Source: Myxococcales bacterium
GTDB taxonomy: Bacteria; Myxococcota_A; Polyangia; Polyangiales; DASUME01
Assembly (NCBI GenBank): GCA_047601445.1
Contig: JASGJH010000001.1
Span: 7,808,001 to 7,872,000, forward strand
DNA length: 64,000 nucleotides
Direction: 5' to 3'
The stretch's first letter is position 1. Every line of letters starts with the position of its first letter. The notes below the pieces were generated by a model. The model was not told the DNA's origin. It saw only the letters and a list, made by a program, of their open reading frames with translations, and did no database searches. This document shows, in pieces, positions 11,607 through 21,662 of the stretch. Both the position numbers and the translations under genes were made by a program.

Positions 11607-13297
11607 GGCGTGCTCCCTGCGACTGCGTTGTCCTGGACCGGGCCGTTGGTGGCGCCCGTCTTACCTTGTGCCTTGAGGATGTTGGCTTCGGCGCGGCGTG
11701 CGTTGACGAAGGCGTCGACCCATTCGAGGGCGGCCTGTGTGAGGTCGCGCTCCGCGAGCAGCACGTCGTTGGGCGTGGCCGCACCCGCCAGCATCAGCGC
11801 GCGCTGATCGGCGTGGTAGGCGCGGGCAGCGTTGAGCGCCTCGGTCTTGGCCGTGATATTGGCTGCGGCGGTGGCGTGACCGGTCACCGCACCCGAAGCC
11901 TCGATCGCGATGCCCTGCTCGAAGGCGCGCAGGTCCTCGGCCACCAAGCGCAGGTCGGTCTCGGCATCCTGGGCCTGCAGATAGTTATAGGTCGCGTCGT
12001 TGGGCGACCAGGTCAGCGCTACGCCGACGTCCCAGGTGCCATGCGGCGTCTTGGTCGGCGGCACGTAGCGAGGGTTGGGACTGGCGTAGTACCCATTGCC
12101 GATGCCGGCGATCTTGGGCATCACCGCGCCGCGTTTGGCACGGGCCAGGTGCTGGCGCGCGCTTTCGACGGCACGCAGGGCCTTGAGCTCAGGGCGGCCC
12201 TCGCGCGCCTGGCTCAGCAGCTGCTGGAAGGTGGGCGCCGCGCTGATCTCGAAATCCACCAAAGGTTCGCCGATACCGCGGGCCGGGTCGATCGTCTTGC
12301 CGGTGAACTGCGAGAGGCGCTCCAGGCTCATCTCGACCAGGCCGTGCATCTGCACTTCGAGGGCCTGCGCGTTGGCGTGGGCGGCCTTGGCGCGAGCCAG
12401 GGCCGAAGGCGTGGATGCGCCCGCGCGCACGAGGCTCTCGAGGTCCTCGACGCTGGCAGCCAGTACGCGCACCGACTCGCGCGCCACGGCCTCGCCGCCG
12501 CGCGCATGCACGTAGTCGTAGAAGGCAGTGCGCGCTTCGTAGGCCACGCTCAGGGCCTGGGCCTGACGCTGGAATTCCGCCACCTCGGCCTGCTTGGACG
12601 CGGCCTTGTAGGTGGGGATGATGGTCAAAAACCAGTCGGTGATCGGCAGGGTCAGCGTGGCCTTGGCCATGTACTGATCGAGGAAAGGACCGAAGATACC
12701 CGGGTTGTTGCCGTCCACCATCTTGTGTGAGCGGATATCCTTCGGATCCGTGATGCTGGGGTCGTAGCCGAAGTTCTTGAGGCGCACGTTCGACAGGCGC
12801 GTGTAGCTGCCGAGCAAGTCCAGACGCGGCGCGAAGGCCAGCTTGGCGCGTGCCTGGTTGGCCGACGCCTTGTTGGCCTCGAGCTGGCTCTTCTCGAGCT
12901 GCGGCGAGTTGGCCAGCGTGAGCTGCACGACCTCGTCCGCAGTCAGTCCACCCGGGGTGGGCTCGAGCGCGGCCGCGAGCTGCTGCGCAGCCTCATCATT
13001 CTCTGCGTCGCCAAGCGCCTTGCGCGCCGACACTGGAGCCGGCTTCACCTGCTGCGGACTCGGCACAGTGCGGGGCTGCACGGCGGGGGCCGGAGTCGTC
13101 GCGGCAGGCGCGGGCTGGGCGACTGGCGCAGGAGCCGGTGCGGGTTGAGGGGCAGGCTGCGCGGGCACCGGAGCAGCGGTGGGTGCGGGCGCAGCGGGAG
13201 GTGGCGTCTGAGCCGGAACCTGAGCGCTGGCGGGCAGTTGCACGCTGAGCAACGCCGCGACCAGGGAGGACCGGACGATAAGGGGAGTTGGCTTCAT
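11603..13297 (-). CDS. TolC-family outer membrane efflux protein with Pro/Ala-rich N-terminal linker
   Basis: Signal peptide MKPTPLIV...ASA, PA-rich linker, RPELKAL and helical OEP repeats; first gene of the RND operon. Confidence 0.85.
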   Translation of the reverse strand: MKPTPLIVRSSLVAALLSVQLPASAQVPAQTPPPAAPAPTAAPVPAQPAPQPAPAPAPVAQPAPAATTPAPAVQPRTVPSPQQVKPAPVSARKALGDAENDEAAQQLAAALEPTPGGLTADEVVQLTLANSPQLEKSQLEANKASANQARAKLAFAPRLDLLGSYTRLSNVRLKNFGYDPSITDPKDIRSHKMVDGNNPGIFGPFLDQYMAKATLTLPITDWFLTIIPTYKAASKQAEVAEFQRQAQALSVAYEARTAFYDYVHARGGEAVARESVRVLAASVEDLESLVRAGASTPSALARAKAAHANAQALEVQMHGLVEMSLERLSQFTGKTIDPARGIGEPLVDFEISAAPTFQQLLSQAREGRPELKALRAVESARQHLARAKRGAVMPKIAGIGNGYYASPNPRYVPPTKTPHGTWDVGVALTWSPNDATYNYLQAQDAETDLRLVAEDLRAFEQGIAIEASGAVTGHATAAANITAKTEALNAARAYHADQRALMLAGAATPNDVLLAERDLTQAALEWVDAFVNARRAEANILKAQGKTGATNGPVQDNAVAGSTP

Positions 13298-13316
13298 TGA
13301 AGTTGCAACGATATGG

Positions 13317-13407
13317 GATCGGTGAACCGATCGGTCAAGGCCATTTATGGCCGATTTTGTGTGAAAAATGGCGAAGCTGGAGAGCAGCAGTTCGATTGAT
13401 GAATCAA
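13317..13407. promoter_or_regulatory. Palindromic operator candidates between tolC and marR
   Basis: GATCGGT-GA-ACCGATC (13317-32), ACCGATCGGT (13326-35) and TTGAT-GA-ATCAA (13396-407) in an AT-richer divergent spacer. Confidence 0.5.
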
Positions 13408-13466
13408 CGATCTGGCTTTTCAGCCCATTGATTGTCGGCCGAGTCGGAACTACGTTACGCGCGTCC

Positions 13467-14024
13467 ATGCGCTCCCAGGTCCACCGCGAGATCTCGCTCC
13501 TAATGACGAGGATGCGTCGCCTCTGCTCGATGGCGGTCAACAAGCAGCTAGCCGTGGTCGGGAGCTCCATGCACGTCTACAGCGTGCTGTTCAGACTCGT
13601 CCATGAGGCCGAAGTTCCTCAACATGAGCTGGCTTATGACGCTGCCATCGATCCCGCGGCGGCCAGTCGGTTGATCCGCGACATGACCGCGGATGGGCTA
13701 GTCACCACCCGCGTGGACCCGGCCGACAAACGTCAGCGTTTTGTGAAAATCACGGCCAAGGGTCGGACCCTGGAGCGCACCCTGCAGCAGATCGTGGACG
13801 CTGCGCTGGAGCCCTACATGGTGGGGCTAACGGAGTCCGAAGAGCAGGATTTCCTGCGGCTTTTGCGCAAGGCCCACGAGGCCGTCATGGCCATCTCCAG
13901 TGAGGGCGAAGAAGCCCCGGTGCGCGCCCCGGCCAAGCCCCGAGCCTTGCCGGCTCGCGCGCCCGTGTCGAGAACGACGCAGGTGCACGCCAAGCTCAGT
14001 CCGCGTTCACGATCCACTCGCTGA
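13467..14024 (+). CDS. MarR family transcriptional regulator
   Basis: QHELA..IDPAAASRLIRDM..GLV..DPADKRQRFVKITAKG winged helix; divergent from the efflux operon. Confidence 0.9.
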   Translation: MRSQVHREISLLMTRMRRLCSMAVNKQLAVVGSSMHVYSVLFRLVHEAEVPQHELAYDAAIDPAAASRLIRDMTADGLVTTRVDPADKRQRFVKITAKGRTLERTLQQIVDAALEPYMVGLTESEEQDFLRLLRKAHEAVMAISSEGEEAPVRAPAKPRALPARAPVSRTTQVHAKLSPRSRSTR

Positions 14025-15621
14025 CACCCTCGGTGTCGAACCAGGGGTCGCTACGCGTCCAGCCGGTGACTCCTGCGGCCAGCTCCACCACTCGTCGCAG
14101 GTCCTCGAGCTCCTTGGCCTCGAAGGGGCCGCGGCAGCCATCGCGGTCCACCACCATGCGCTGACGGCCTCCCGCGACGACGCTGAACAGATCGCCACGC
14201 TCCTCCTCCGGCGAACAATGTTCGGCGTCCCAGCTCCCGCCCCGTCGCTCGAACCACGAGAGCTTCTCGAGCTGGGCGTTCAGGCGGCGCAACAGCGCTG
14301 CCGAGGTGCGGCCGTCACTGCGACCCGTGCCGTTCACGAAGCTGCGGCCATGGAAGACGACCGCGCCGTTGTGGAAGAGGGATACGATGAAGCGCGCGCC
14401 GTGGTCGAAGCCGCCCTCGCGACGACCCCGCCGCAAGGTGAGCTGAAAGTCGTCCGGTACGGGGGCCTGCCCCTGCGCGACCAGGTCGGACAACCCGGGT
14501 ACGCAACGCATGCGATGCGCGAGTGCTTCGTCCTTGAAGGCCGGGTCCAACTTCTCGCAGCGCTCGGGGACCTTCAGGCCGAGCAGCGAGCAGTAGGCTT
14601 CGCGCGGCACGCTGGAGGACGTGGCGGGGATCCGGGCTCGCAAGGCGCGTTCCTTGTCGGCACACTCGAGCGCGGCCCGACCATCGGTCACTTCGAGCAA
14701 ACGCGCGGCGGCGAAGCCCTGAGGCTCGGCGGCCGGCAGCTCGAAGCGCAGCGTCGCCACGATGTTGGGGGCATCATGTGCCTTGGGTCGCTCGAGCACC
14801 AGGCTCAGGCCCACCGATCCATCCTCCGCTCGGCTGAGTTCGCTCAGCGACAGGCGGGCAGGTTCGAAGCGCTCCAGCAGGCTCGCGTAGAGCGCGCGTA
14901 GACGCTCCAAGTCCGCTGCCGAGAGCGGGGGAGGTTGGGGCTCCGTGTTGTTCGTCAGCGCGTTCACGAGGCGCGTGAGCCACGCGTCCAGGCGATCGTC
15001 GAGGGCGTGCTGGCGCAGCCAAACCTCTTGTCGCTCGCCGTGGGCTTCCAGGCTGAGCCGTGCGATGTCCTTGTTGGGCGTGAACAGCGCGCGTCCGCTG
15101 CGTGCTTCGAAGCTACGGCGAGCGGGCGTGGGATCCTGGTCCGCGAGCTCGAACACCAGCGGCGCCGGATCGAAGCTCGAGAGTTTGGTGCGCAGGGAAG
15201 GCGCACGCCGGGTGGCGTTGCCTTGTCGCAAGAAGAGCAGCGTGTCGTTCGACAAGGCCGACTCGAGTGGCAGCGGGGCACCGGCCGCGGTGGTGCACTC
15301 CGTGTGCAGCGCGAGCACGTTGAGGTCGGGCTGTACGCGCGGGGCTCCGGCCTGGTTCGGTTCCGTGAGCACGCGCTCGGCGCGCGTCACCCGGCAGCGC
15401 GCTGAACCGAGCTCGAGCCATTCGTCGAGGTAGACGCTCGCGGTCAGGCGACTCTGGGGAGGGCTCGCCTCGGCGGCCTGCGAGCGTCCCGTGCCCAGCT
15501 CGCCGCACGCGGCCTGCCCATGAGCGAGCAGCGCGACGAAGCAGACACCCAAGCCGCTCCGCGCCCGGCCCTCGCCGGCAGCGCCTCGCTTCATCGAGGC
15601 ACGAAAAGGGCCGCTCTTCAT
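13996..15621 (-). CDS. Putative lipoprotein, C-terminal DUF6438-like domain
   Basis: ATGA overlap with the dciA stop, lipobox-like QAAC, C-terminal LTLRRG...VSLFHNGAVVFHG; family call tentative. Confidence 0.6.
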   Translation of the reverse strand: MKSGPFRASMKRGAAGEGRARSGLGVCFVALLAHGQAACGELGTGRSQAAEASPPQSRLTASVYLDEWLELGSARCRVTRAERVLTEPNQAGAPRVQPDLNVLALHTECTTAAGAPLPLESALSNDTLLFLRQGNATRRAPSLRTKLSSFDPAPLVFELADQDPTPARRSFEARSGRALFTPNKDIARLSLEAHGERQEVWLRQHALDDRLDAWLTRLVNALTNNTEPQPPPLSAADLERLRALYASLLERFEPARLSLSELSRAEDGSVGLSLVLERPKAHDAPNIVATLRFELPAAEPQGFAAARLLEVTDGRAALECADKERALRARIPATSSSVPREAYCSLLGLKVPERCEKLDPAFKDEALAHRMRCVPGLSDLVAQGQAPVPDDFQLTLRRGRREGGFDHGARFIVSLFHNGAVVFHGRSFVNGTGRSDGRTSAALLRRLNAQLEKLSWFERRGGSWDAEHCSPEEERGDLFSVVAGGRQRMVVDRDGCRGPFEAKELEDLRRVVELAAGVTGWTRSDPWFDTEGVSEWIVNAD

Positions 15622-16130
15622 CGAGGATTTTCGCGCTTCTGCGAGCGCGCTGCGTCGCGTCCGAGCGTGACACTGGCGGCCTGACCGATGGCATCGCGCA
15701 AGGCGTCGTCGTCGATGGCGGCGAGCGCGCGCGCCAGCGCCTCCGGCAAGATGGCGACCGCCACTGGGGCCTGGCGAGGCCGCTCCGGACGCGTGCCCGT
15801 GGGGAGTTCCGGCAGTGGACCCACGCGGAAGCGCAGGGACTTCACGCTGGCGTCTACCGCGTGCTTCTGCGCCGACGCCAGGAGTTGCTCCTTGAGGTGC
15901 TCGAGCTCCGAGGCCCACGCGCTGGTGGCCGTGTGGACCCACAGCACGCCGTTGCTCAACCGCACCGGACGCGCCCGCATGAACACCCGCTCCGGCACCG
16001 CACGGCGCCACCACGCGAACGCACGGATCGCTGCCGCGTGTTCTGGCTCCTGGCTCGGGTACACCTGGCGCACCAGTTGCGAGAGCGCCTCCGGCTCCGT
16101 AGCCCGGCGTCCTTTGCGTGAGCGCGTCAT
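15618..16130 (-). CDS. dciA: DUF721 / DciA family protein
   Basis: WRRAVPERV..ARPVRLSNGVLWVHTATSAWASELEHLKEQLL..VKSLRFRVG. Confidence 0.8.
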   Translation of the reverse strand: MTRSRKGRRATEPEALSQLVRQVYPSQEPEHAAAIRAFAWWRRAVPERVFMRARPVRLSNGVLWVHTATSAWASELEHLKEQLLASAQKHAVDASVKSLRFRVGPLPELPTGTRPERPRQAPVAVAILPEALARALAAIDDDALRDAIGQAASVTLGRDAARSQKRENPR

Positions 16131-16201
16131 CCGGGCGGGAGCCTAGTACGGACCCCGCCGCGGGTGAACCCCTCCCGTGCGGGTGCTAGCCTGGCCCCAG
16201 C

Positions 16202-17488
16202 ATGAGCGAAGCGCGCCCCATCATTCCCCTGCAAAATCCCGTGTCTGCCGACGTCGATGTGGTGGGCTCCAAGAGCTACACGAACCGTGTCTTGATCCTG
16301 GCCGCGCTCGCCCAGGGATCCTCCACGCTCAGCGGTGCCCTGTTCAGCGACGACACCCGCTACATGGCCGCCTCCCTGCGCGCCCTGGGGGTCCCCGTCG
16401 AAGCAGACGAAGCCAAGTATCAGCTCAAGGTGAGCGGCGCGAACGGGCATGTGAGCGCAGCTTCCGCCCAGTGCTTCGTGGGCAACGCCGGCACGGCGGC
16501 GCGCTTCCTGCCTGTGCTGATGGCGCTCGGAAAGGGCGTCTACGAACTCGATGGCATCGAGCGCATGCGCCAGCGTCCCATCGCGCCCCTGCTGCGGGCG
16601 CTCGAGAGCTTGGGCACCAAGGTGGAGTGCCTGGCCGAGCCCGACTGCATTCCGTTGCGCGTGCATGGTGGGAGCCTCGTTGGCGGGCAGGTGAGCGTGC
16701 CCGGGCACATCAGCTCGCAGTACATCAGCGGCTTGATGATGGGCGCGCCCTGTATGCCCAAGGGCCTCACGCTCGACATCGAGGGGGAGCTGGTCTCCCG
16801 CCCGTACGTCGAGATGACAGCCCAAGCCATGCGTGACTTTGGCGTGGAGCTCGAGCGCGTGGGCGAGCGTCGCTTCGTGATTCCAGGGGGACAGACCTAC
16901 CGGGGGCAGAACTACCGCGTGGAGCCCGACGCCTCGGCGGCCTCGTACTTCTTCGCGGCCGCAGCCATCTGCGGAGGCCGAGCGCGCGTGCCGGGCCTGG
17001 GCACACGTTCGCTGCAGGGAGATCGTGGGCTCGTGCACATTCTGGCGCGCATGGGCTGCCGCGTGGTGGAAGGCGAGGACTTTACGGAGGTTCACGGCCC
17101 CGCCGACGGCAAGCTCAAGGGCGTCGAGGTCGACATGGCGGATCTCTCCGACGTGGCGCAGACCCTGGCCGTGGTGGCGCCCTTCGCGGAGAGCCCCACG
17201 CGCGTCACGGGCATCGGCTTCATTCGCAAGAAGGAGACCGATCGCGTGGGCGCCGTGGTCACCGAGCTCAAGCGGCTCGGGATTCGCGCCGAGGAAGAGG
17301 CCGATGGCTTCGTGGTGTACCCGGGCACGCCGCAGCCCGGTTCGGTGCACACGTACGACGATCACCGCATGGCCATGAGCTTCGCGCTGATCGGACTGCG
17401 CGCCCCGGGCATCGTGATCGAGGATCCGGGCTGCACGGCGAAGACCTTCCCGACCTACTTCGACGTGCTCGAGACCCTGCGCGCGTGA
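16202..17488 (+). CDS. aroA: 3-phosphoshikimate 1-carboxyvinyltransferase (EPSP synthase)
   Basis: GSKSYTNR, GNAGTAARF, ISSQYISG, RKKETDR, TYDDHRMAM. Confidence 0.97.
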   Translation: MSEARPIIPLQNPVSADVDVVGSKSYTNRVLILAALAQGSSTLSGALFSDDTRYMAASLRALGVPVEADEAKYQLKVSGANGHVSAASAQCFVGNAGTAARFLPVLMALGKGVYELDGIERMRQRPIAPLLRALESLGTKVECLAEPDCIPLRVHGGSLVGGQVSVPGHISSQYISGLMMGAPCMPKGLTLDIEGELVSRPYVEMTAQAMRDFGVELERVGERRFVIPGGQTYRGQNYRVEPDASAASYFFAAAAICGGRARVPGLGTRSLQGDRGLVHILARMGCRVVEGEDFTEVHGPADGKLKGVEVDMADLSDVAQTLAVVAPFAESPTRVTGIGFIRKKETDRVGAVVTELKRLGIRAEEEADGFVVYPGTPQPGSVHTYDDHRMAMSFALIGLRAPGIVIEDPGCTAKTFPTYFDVLETLRA

Positions 17489-17756
17489 AGCGAGTGATCG
17501 GGCTTGCGATCTGTGTCGGGGTGAAGCCTCCGTCGAGTGAGCCCACGCAAAGCCCTGGATTTATGCGATCCAGAACACGCACACACTCAAGCGAGTCATA
17601 GGCTCGAACTCGGTCTAGTGAGCCTTCGTCTGTACGACTGGCACCGCCGCGCTTGCCTCCGCGATCACACACTCGCCGAGTCGCTCACAAAAACGAAGCA
17701 TCACGCCCAGAGCCCCGTAACGTGGTGCCCCTAGACACTCTTATGATCTCGACACC

Positions 17757-20700
17757 ATGTCGTCGATCACGAAGTTCCGCCCCGACCTGCTGGGTGTAGT
17801 GCTTGGTTTGAGTGTGGCCGCCTGCTCCGGCGGCGGTAACGGTGGGACTGCGAACAATGGCGACGGCGATGGCGACGCCGGACCGGTCGGTGACGGCGAC
17901 CAGATGCCGGGCGACGGTGATGGCGACGGCGACGGAATGCCGACCGGCCCGCTGTGCGGCACCATCACGTGTGGCGTTGGGCAGCGCTGCATGGACGGCA
18001 CACCGCCCGTCTGCGTGGACAATGCCTGCGGCGACCTGAATTGCGGCGAGACGGCTGCGTGCGTGCCGGCCCCTGGCGGCGGCAATATGTGCAAGAGCAT
18101 CGCCTGCAGCACCGACGCCCAGTGCGTGGCCGCGCAGCATTGCGACGGCACCAAGTGCGTGGACGACGTGTGCGAGCCCGATGTGCAGGCCTGTGACGGC
18201 AACACCGTGGTGCAGTGCTCCTCCAACGGCGGCGGCGAAACGCCGCGCTTCACCTGCCTCACGGGGGGCTACGTGGAGAGCAGCTGTATGGAGGCCGCGA
18301 GCGGCGCCTTTGGCTGCAGTTGCACCGATGACTGGGACTGCCCGAGCTTCACCGACTGCAACGCCGGCACCTGCGAAGGCACGGGCGTGGAGCCCACCTG
18401 CAAGGTCTCCGTGGCGGACTTCAAGGACGTGCTCCCCAAGGTGGAACCCGACGGATTCTGGGGCGGTCTGGGCCAAAAGGGCCCCGCCACCGGCCGCCCG
18501 TTCCCGGATCACGCGCAGGTCGCGGCCACGCCCATGGTGGCCAACCTCGACGACGACAACGGCGACGGCTTCATCAACGAGTTCGACTTCCCCGAGATCA
18601 TCTTCATCACCTATCCGAACAAGGACTCGGTGGAGCAGAACGGCATCGTGCGCGCCATTCACGGCGGCGGCCCCAACCGCGGTAAGGACTACTTCGCGGC
18701 CTGCAAGGCGATGCCCTGGAAGGAAGGCGACGCCATCACCACCGACGCTTGCGCCGACGCCGACGCCTCCGTGCGCCCCGGCAGCGGCCTCGCGGTGGGC
18801 GACGCGGATGGCGACGGCATCCCGGAGATTTTCGTGGCGGCCGAGGGTGGCAAGCTGCAGATCCTCGACAATCACGGCGTGCGCATGAGCCAGACGGATG
18901 CCTTCTATCCGTCCAGCAGCGGCAAGTGGAAGTACCCGCAGATCGCCCTCGCGAACCTCGACAACCGCGGCTATGCGGAGGTCATCATCGGGCCCCGCGT
19001 TGCGACCCTGCAGAAGGACGACCAGGGCATCATCAGCGTGCTCGACATCTTCGTGGGCGATGACACCAAGGCCAACGGCGCGCCCGACGACGGCAGCAAG
19101 GAATTCGGTCCGTCGGTGTGCCCAGCGAACCTGCTCGACACCGATCCCAACGACGACGACGTGACCCAGGAAATCGTGATGGGCACGACGCTCTACGCGT
19201 TCCCCACGAACCCCGATCCCGCGAACATCAAGAAGGTGGCCGACTGCCCTGGCAGCGACACCAGCGACTTCTGCAAGAAGAAGCTCACGTTCATCTGGGA
19301 CGCCAAGGCGGTGAACAGCGCGGCCAACATCAACCAGGAAGGCTTGTGCGCGGTCGCCGACGTCTGGGGCTCGAACAAGGATAAGGCCCCGGGGCCCGGC
19401 GTTGACCCCAACATGCTCGAGGACACCGAGCTCGACCGCGTGCCCGAGGTGATCCTGGTCTCGAACGGTCACATCCGCGTCTTCCGCAGCGTGGACGGCG
19501 TGCTGATCAAGGACGTCAGCGTGGAGGACGGGCAGCGCGGTGGTGCGCCCAACATCGACGACTTCGACGCCGACGGCTTCCCCGAAGTCGCGATGGCTTC
19601 GAGCGGCTTCTACACCGTGGTGGATCTGCAGACGCCCGACGCCGCTCACTGCCCGGCTTGGCCCGATGCCATGGGGTCGGCGCAGAGCGCGGCCAGCCCC
19701 GGCACCAACACCGCGCGCACCCCTGGCGGCGCGTGCACCAGCGACAGTGATTGCAACTCGGGCTCCATTTGCAGCCCGAGCCTCAAGAGCTGCGTCTGCC
19801 TCCACAACGGTTGGAAGCGCACCACCGACGACAACTCGTCGAAGGTCACCTCCTCGAGCGTGTTCGACTTCAATGGCGACGGCGCAGCCGAGGTGGTCTA
19901 CGGCGACGAGTGCTACTTCCGCATCTACGACGGCAAGAACGGCGACATCCACCTGGCGATGCCGTCCATGAGCCGCACCATCATGGAGAACCCCGTGGTG
20001 GCCGACGTCGACAACGACGGTAACGCCGAGATCGTGGTCGTGATGAACAACGAGCAGGCCCTATCACGTTGCAGCGAGACCGATCTCCCGCTGCCCCCCG
20101 TGCCAGGTCAGCCCACGCAGACCGTGACGCGCGATTCGCTGCCCAACGGCATCAACGTCTACGGCGACCTCAGCGACAGCTGGGTGTCCGCGCGCCGTAT
20201 CTGGAACGAGCACTCCTATCACGTCACCAACGTGACCGAGGGCGGCCAGATTCCGCTGCGCGAGCCCGAGAGCTGGCTGCCCTACGGCAACCGCTTCTAC
20301 AACACCTACCGCTCGCAGCCGCGCTCCTCGGGTGTGGCCCCCGACCTCGTGCTGGTGGACCTGCAGATCTCCTCGCCCGACGTCACCTGCGGTCAGCTGT
20401 CGGATCAGCTGAACCTGACGGTGCTGGTGAAGAACCAGGGCGATCTGCGCGTGGGCCCCGGTGTGCCGCTCAAGTTCTACGGCAAGTTCGGCGGCGACTT
20501 CGAAGCCCTGCTCCTGCCCGCGAACGGCAACGACCCCCGCGCGGCGCTCACCTATACCCTCACCAACAGCCTGGAGCCTGGCGCTTCCGTGCTGATCTCG
20601 GTGCCCTTCGCCGCGGCCGACAGCCTCACGGCAGCCCTGCCCAGCGACATCGCGGTCACCATCGACGAGGCGGTTCCCGGGGTGAGCCCGAACGGTACCG

Positions 20701-21104
20701 AGCGCGAGTGCCACGAAGACAACAACCGCATCGAGAAGCCCGTGACCAACGGCGGTTCCCAGGCTGACCTGCGACTCGAGGTGGGCGCCACGGGTGGTGA
20801 TTGCGGCAGCGCGAACGTCGCGGTGACCGTGTTCAACGACGGTTCGGTGGCGGCCAAGGACGTGCTAGTGCGCATCTACGCCGGTGACCCCAGCGCGGGT
20901 GGTCTCTCCATCGGCGAGGTCATGGTGGCCGGGCCCATCGACCCCGGAGCCCAGATGGGCGCCACCGTGCAACTCGGCAGTCAGGACCGCGACATCAAGC
21001 TGTTCGGTGTGGCCGACCCGCTCGACGCGATCCCCGAGTGCAACAACGCGAACAACGTGGCGCAGGGCCCCGATCTGATGTGCGCCAGCATCATCCTGCT
21101 GTGA
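17757..21104 (+). CDS. Large surface lipoprotein: GD repeats, Cys-rich repeats, FG-GAP/VCBS propeller, CARDB-like C-terminal domains
   Basis: Lipobox SVAAC, GDGDGD runs, many DxDxDG motifs (DADGDG, DFDADG, DFNGDG, DVDNDG), ECHEDNN and ECNNANN CARDB-like ends. Confidence 0.85.
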   Translation: MSSITKFRPDLLGVVLGLSVAACSGGGNGGTANNGDGDGDAGPVGDGDQMPGDGDGDGDGMPTGPLCGTITCGVGQRCMDGTPPVCVDNACGDLNCGETAACVPAPGGGNMCKSIACSTDAQCVAAQHCDGTKCVDDVCEPDVQACDGNTVVQCSSNGGGETPRFTCLTGGYVESSCMEAASGAFGCSCTDDWDCPSFTDCNAGTCEGTGVEPTCKVSVADFKDVLPKVEPDGFWGGLGQKGPATGRPFPDHAQVAATPMVANLDDDNGDGFINEFDFPEIIFITYPNKDSVEQNGIVRAIHGGGPNRGKDYFAACKAMPWKEGDAITTDACADADASVRPGSGLAVGDADGDGIPEIFVAAEGGKLQILDNHGVRMSQTDAFYPSSSGKWKYPQIALANLDNRGYAEVIIGPRVATLQKDDQGIISVLDIFVGDDTKANGAPDDGSKEFGPSVCPANLLDTDPNDDDVTQEIVMGTTLYAFPTNPDPANIKKVADCPGSDTSDFCKKKLTFIWDAKAVNSAANINQEGLCAVADVWGSNKDKAPGPGVDPNMLEDTELDRVPEVILVSNGHIRVFRSVDGVLIKDVSVEDGQRGGAPNIDDFDADGFPEVAMASSGFYTVVDLQTPDAAHCPAWPDAMGSAQSAASPGTNTARTPGGACTSDSDCNSGSICSPSLKSCVCLHNGWKRTTDDNSSKVTSSSVFDFNGDGAAEVVYGDECYFRIYDGKNGDIHLAMPSMSRTIMENPVVADVDNDGNAEIVVVMNNEQALSRCSETDLPLPPVPGQPTQTVTRDSLPNGINVYGDLSDSWVSARRIWNEHSYHVTNVTEGGQIPLREPESWLPYGNRFYNTYRSQPRSSGVAPDLVLVDLQISSPDVTCGQLSDQLNLTVLVKNQGDLRVGPGVPLKFYGKFGGDFEALLLPANGNDPRAALTYTLTNSLEPGASVLISVPFAAADSLTAALPSDIAVTIDEAVPGVSPNGTERECHEDNNRIEKPVTNGGSQADLRLEVGATGGDCGSANVAVTVFNDGSVAAKDVLVRIYAGDPSAGGLSIGEVMVAGPIDPGAQMGATVQLGSQDRDIKLFGVADPLDAIPECNNANNVAQGPDLMCASIILL

Positions 21105-21160
21105 TCGGGGGCGCTGAGCGGGAAGGTGTCGTTGCGATGCCGCCACGCTAGGCTCCTCCA

Positions 21161-21646
21161 ATGCGACGGCTCACCGGGGAAGAGCAAGCCTTTCTCGTCC
21201 GCTACTTCGGCGGCGCGCTCGATCTCGAGCCGATCCGGCTCTCCACCTCCATCGGTGCGCGCTCCTGGTCTCCCTATGGTGCTCGCATCAGCCTGGTGAA
21301 GGGCCTGTACCGGGAGAGAACCCTGGAAGCGGGCGTCGCCCTCGACGATCCCAGGGCGGCGTCCGTCTTCGCCCACGAGGCGATCCACGTCTGGCAGCGT
21401 CAGCGCGGACGCGCTGTGACCCGCCCCGGAGCCTGGCTGCAGACGCTCTACTTCCTCGGCATCCGCGATCCGTATGCTTACGTCCCGCGCCTGGACGCGC
21501 GCTGTCTGCTCTCGGAGTTCGTGCTCGGAAACGTCGAGCAGCAGGGCAAGATCTTCCAGGATTACGTGTTCGCGGAACGCACCGGACAGGCCAGCGAGCG
21601 TTTTTCGCGAATTGCCGCATGGGTCCGCTTGTCGGCATCGAAATAG
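21161..21646 (+). CDS. HEXXH zinc metallopeptidase-like protein (DUF4157-like)
   Basis: MRRLTGEE start, FAHEAIHVWQ, NVEQQG. Confidence 0.72.
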   Translation: MRRLTGEEQAFLVRYFGGALDLEPIRLSTSIGARSWSPYGARISLVKGLYRERTLEAGVALDDPRAASVFAHEAIHVWQRQRGRAVTRPGAWLQTLYFLGIRDPYAYVPRLDARCLLSEFVLGNVEQQGKIFQDYVFAERTGQASERFSRIAAWVRLSASK

Positions 21647-21662
21647 CCAGTATCGTCAGCAC

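Noticed and set aside
17515..17610. ACGCAAAGCC resembling the c-di-GMP-I (GEMM) riboswitch core
   Set aside because: I could not find the GNRA-capped P2 stem or the P1/P3 pairing; an Infernal scan would settle it
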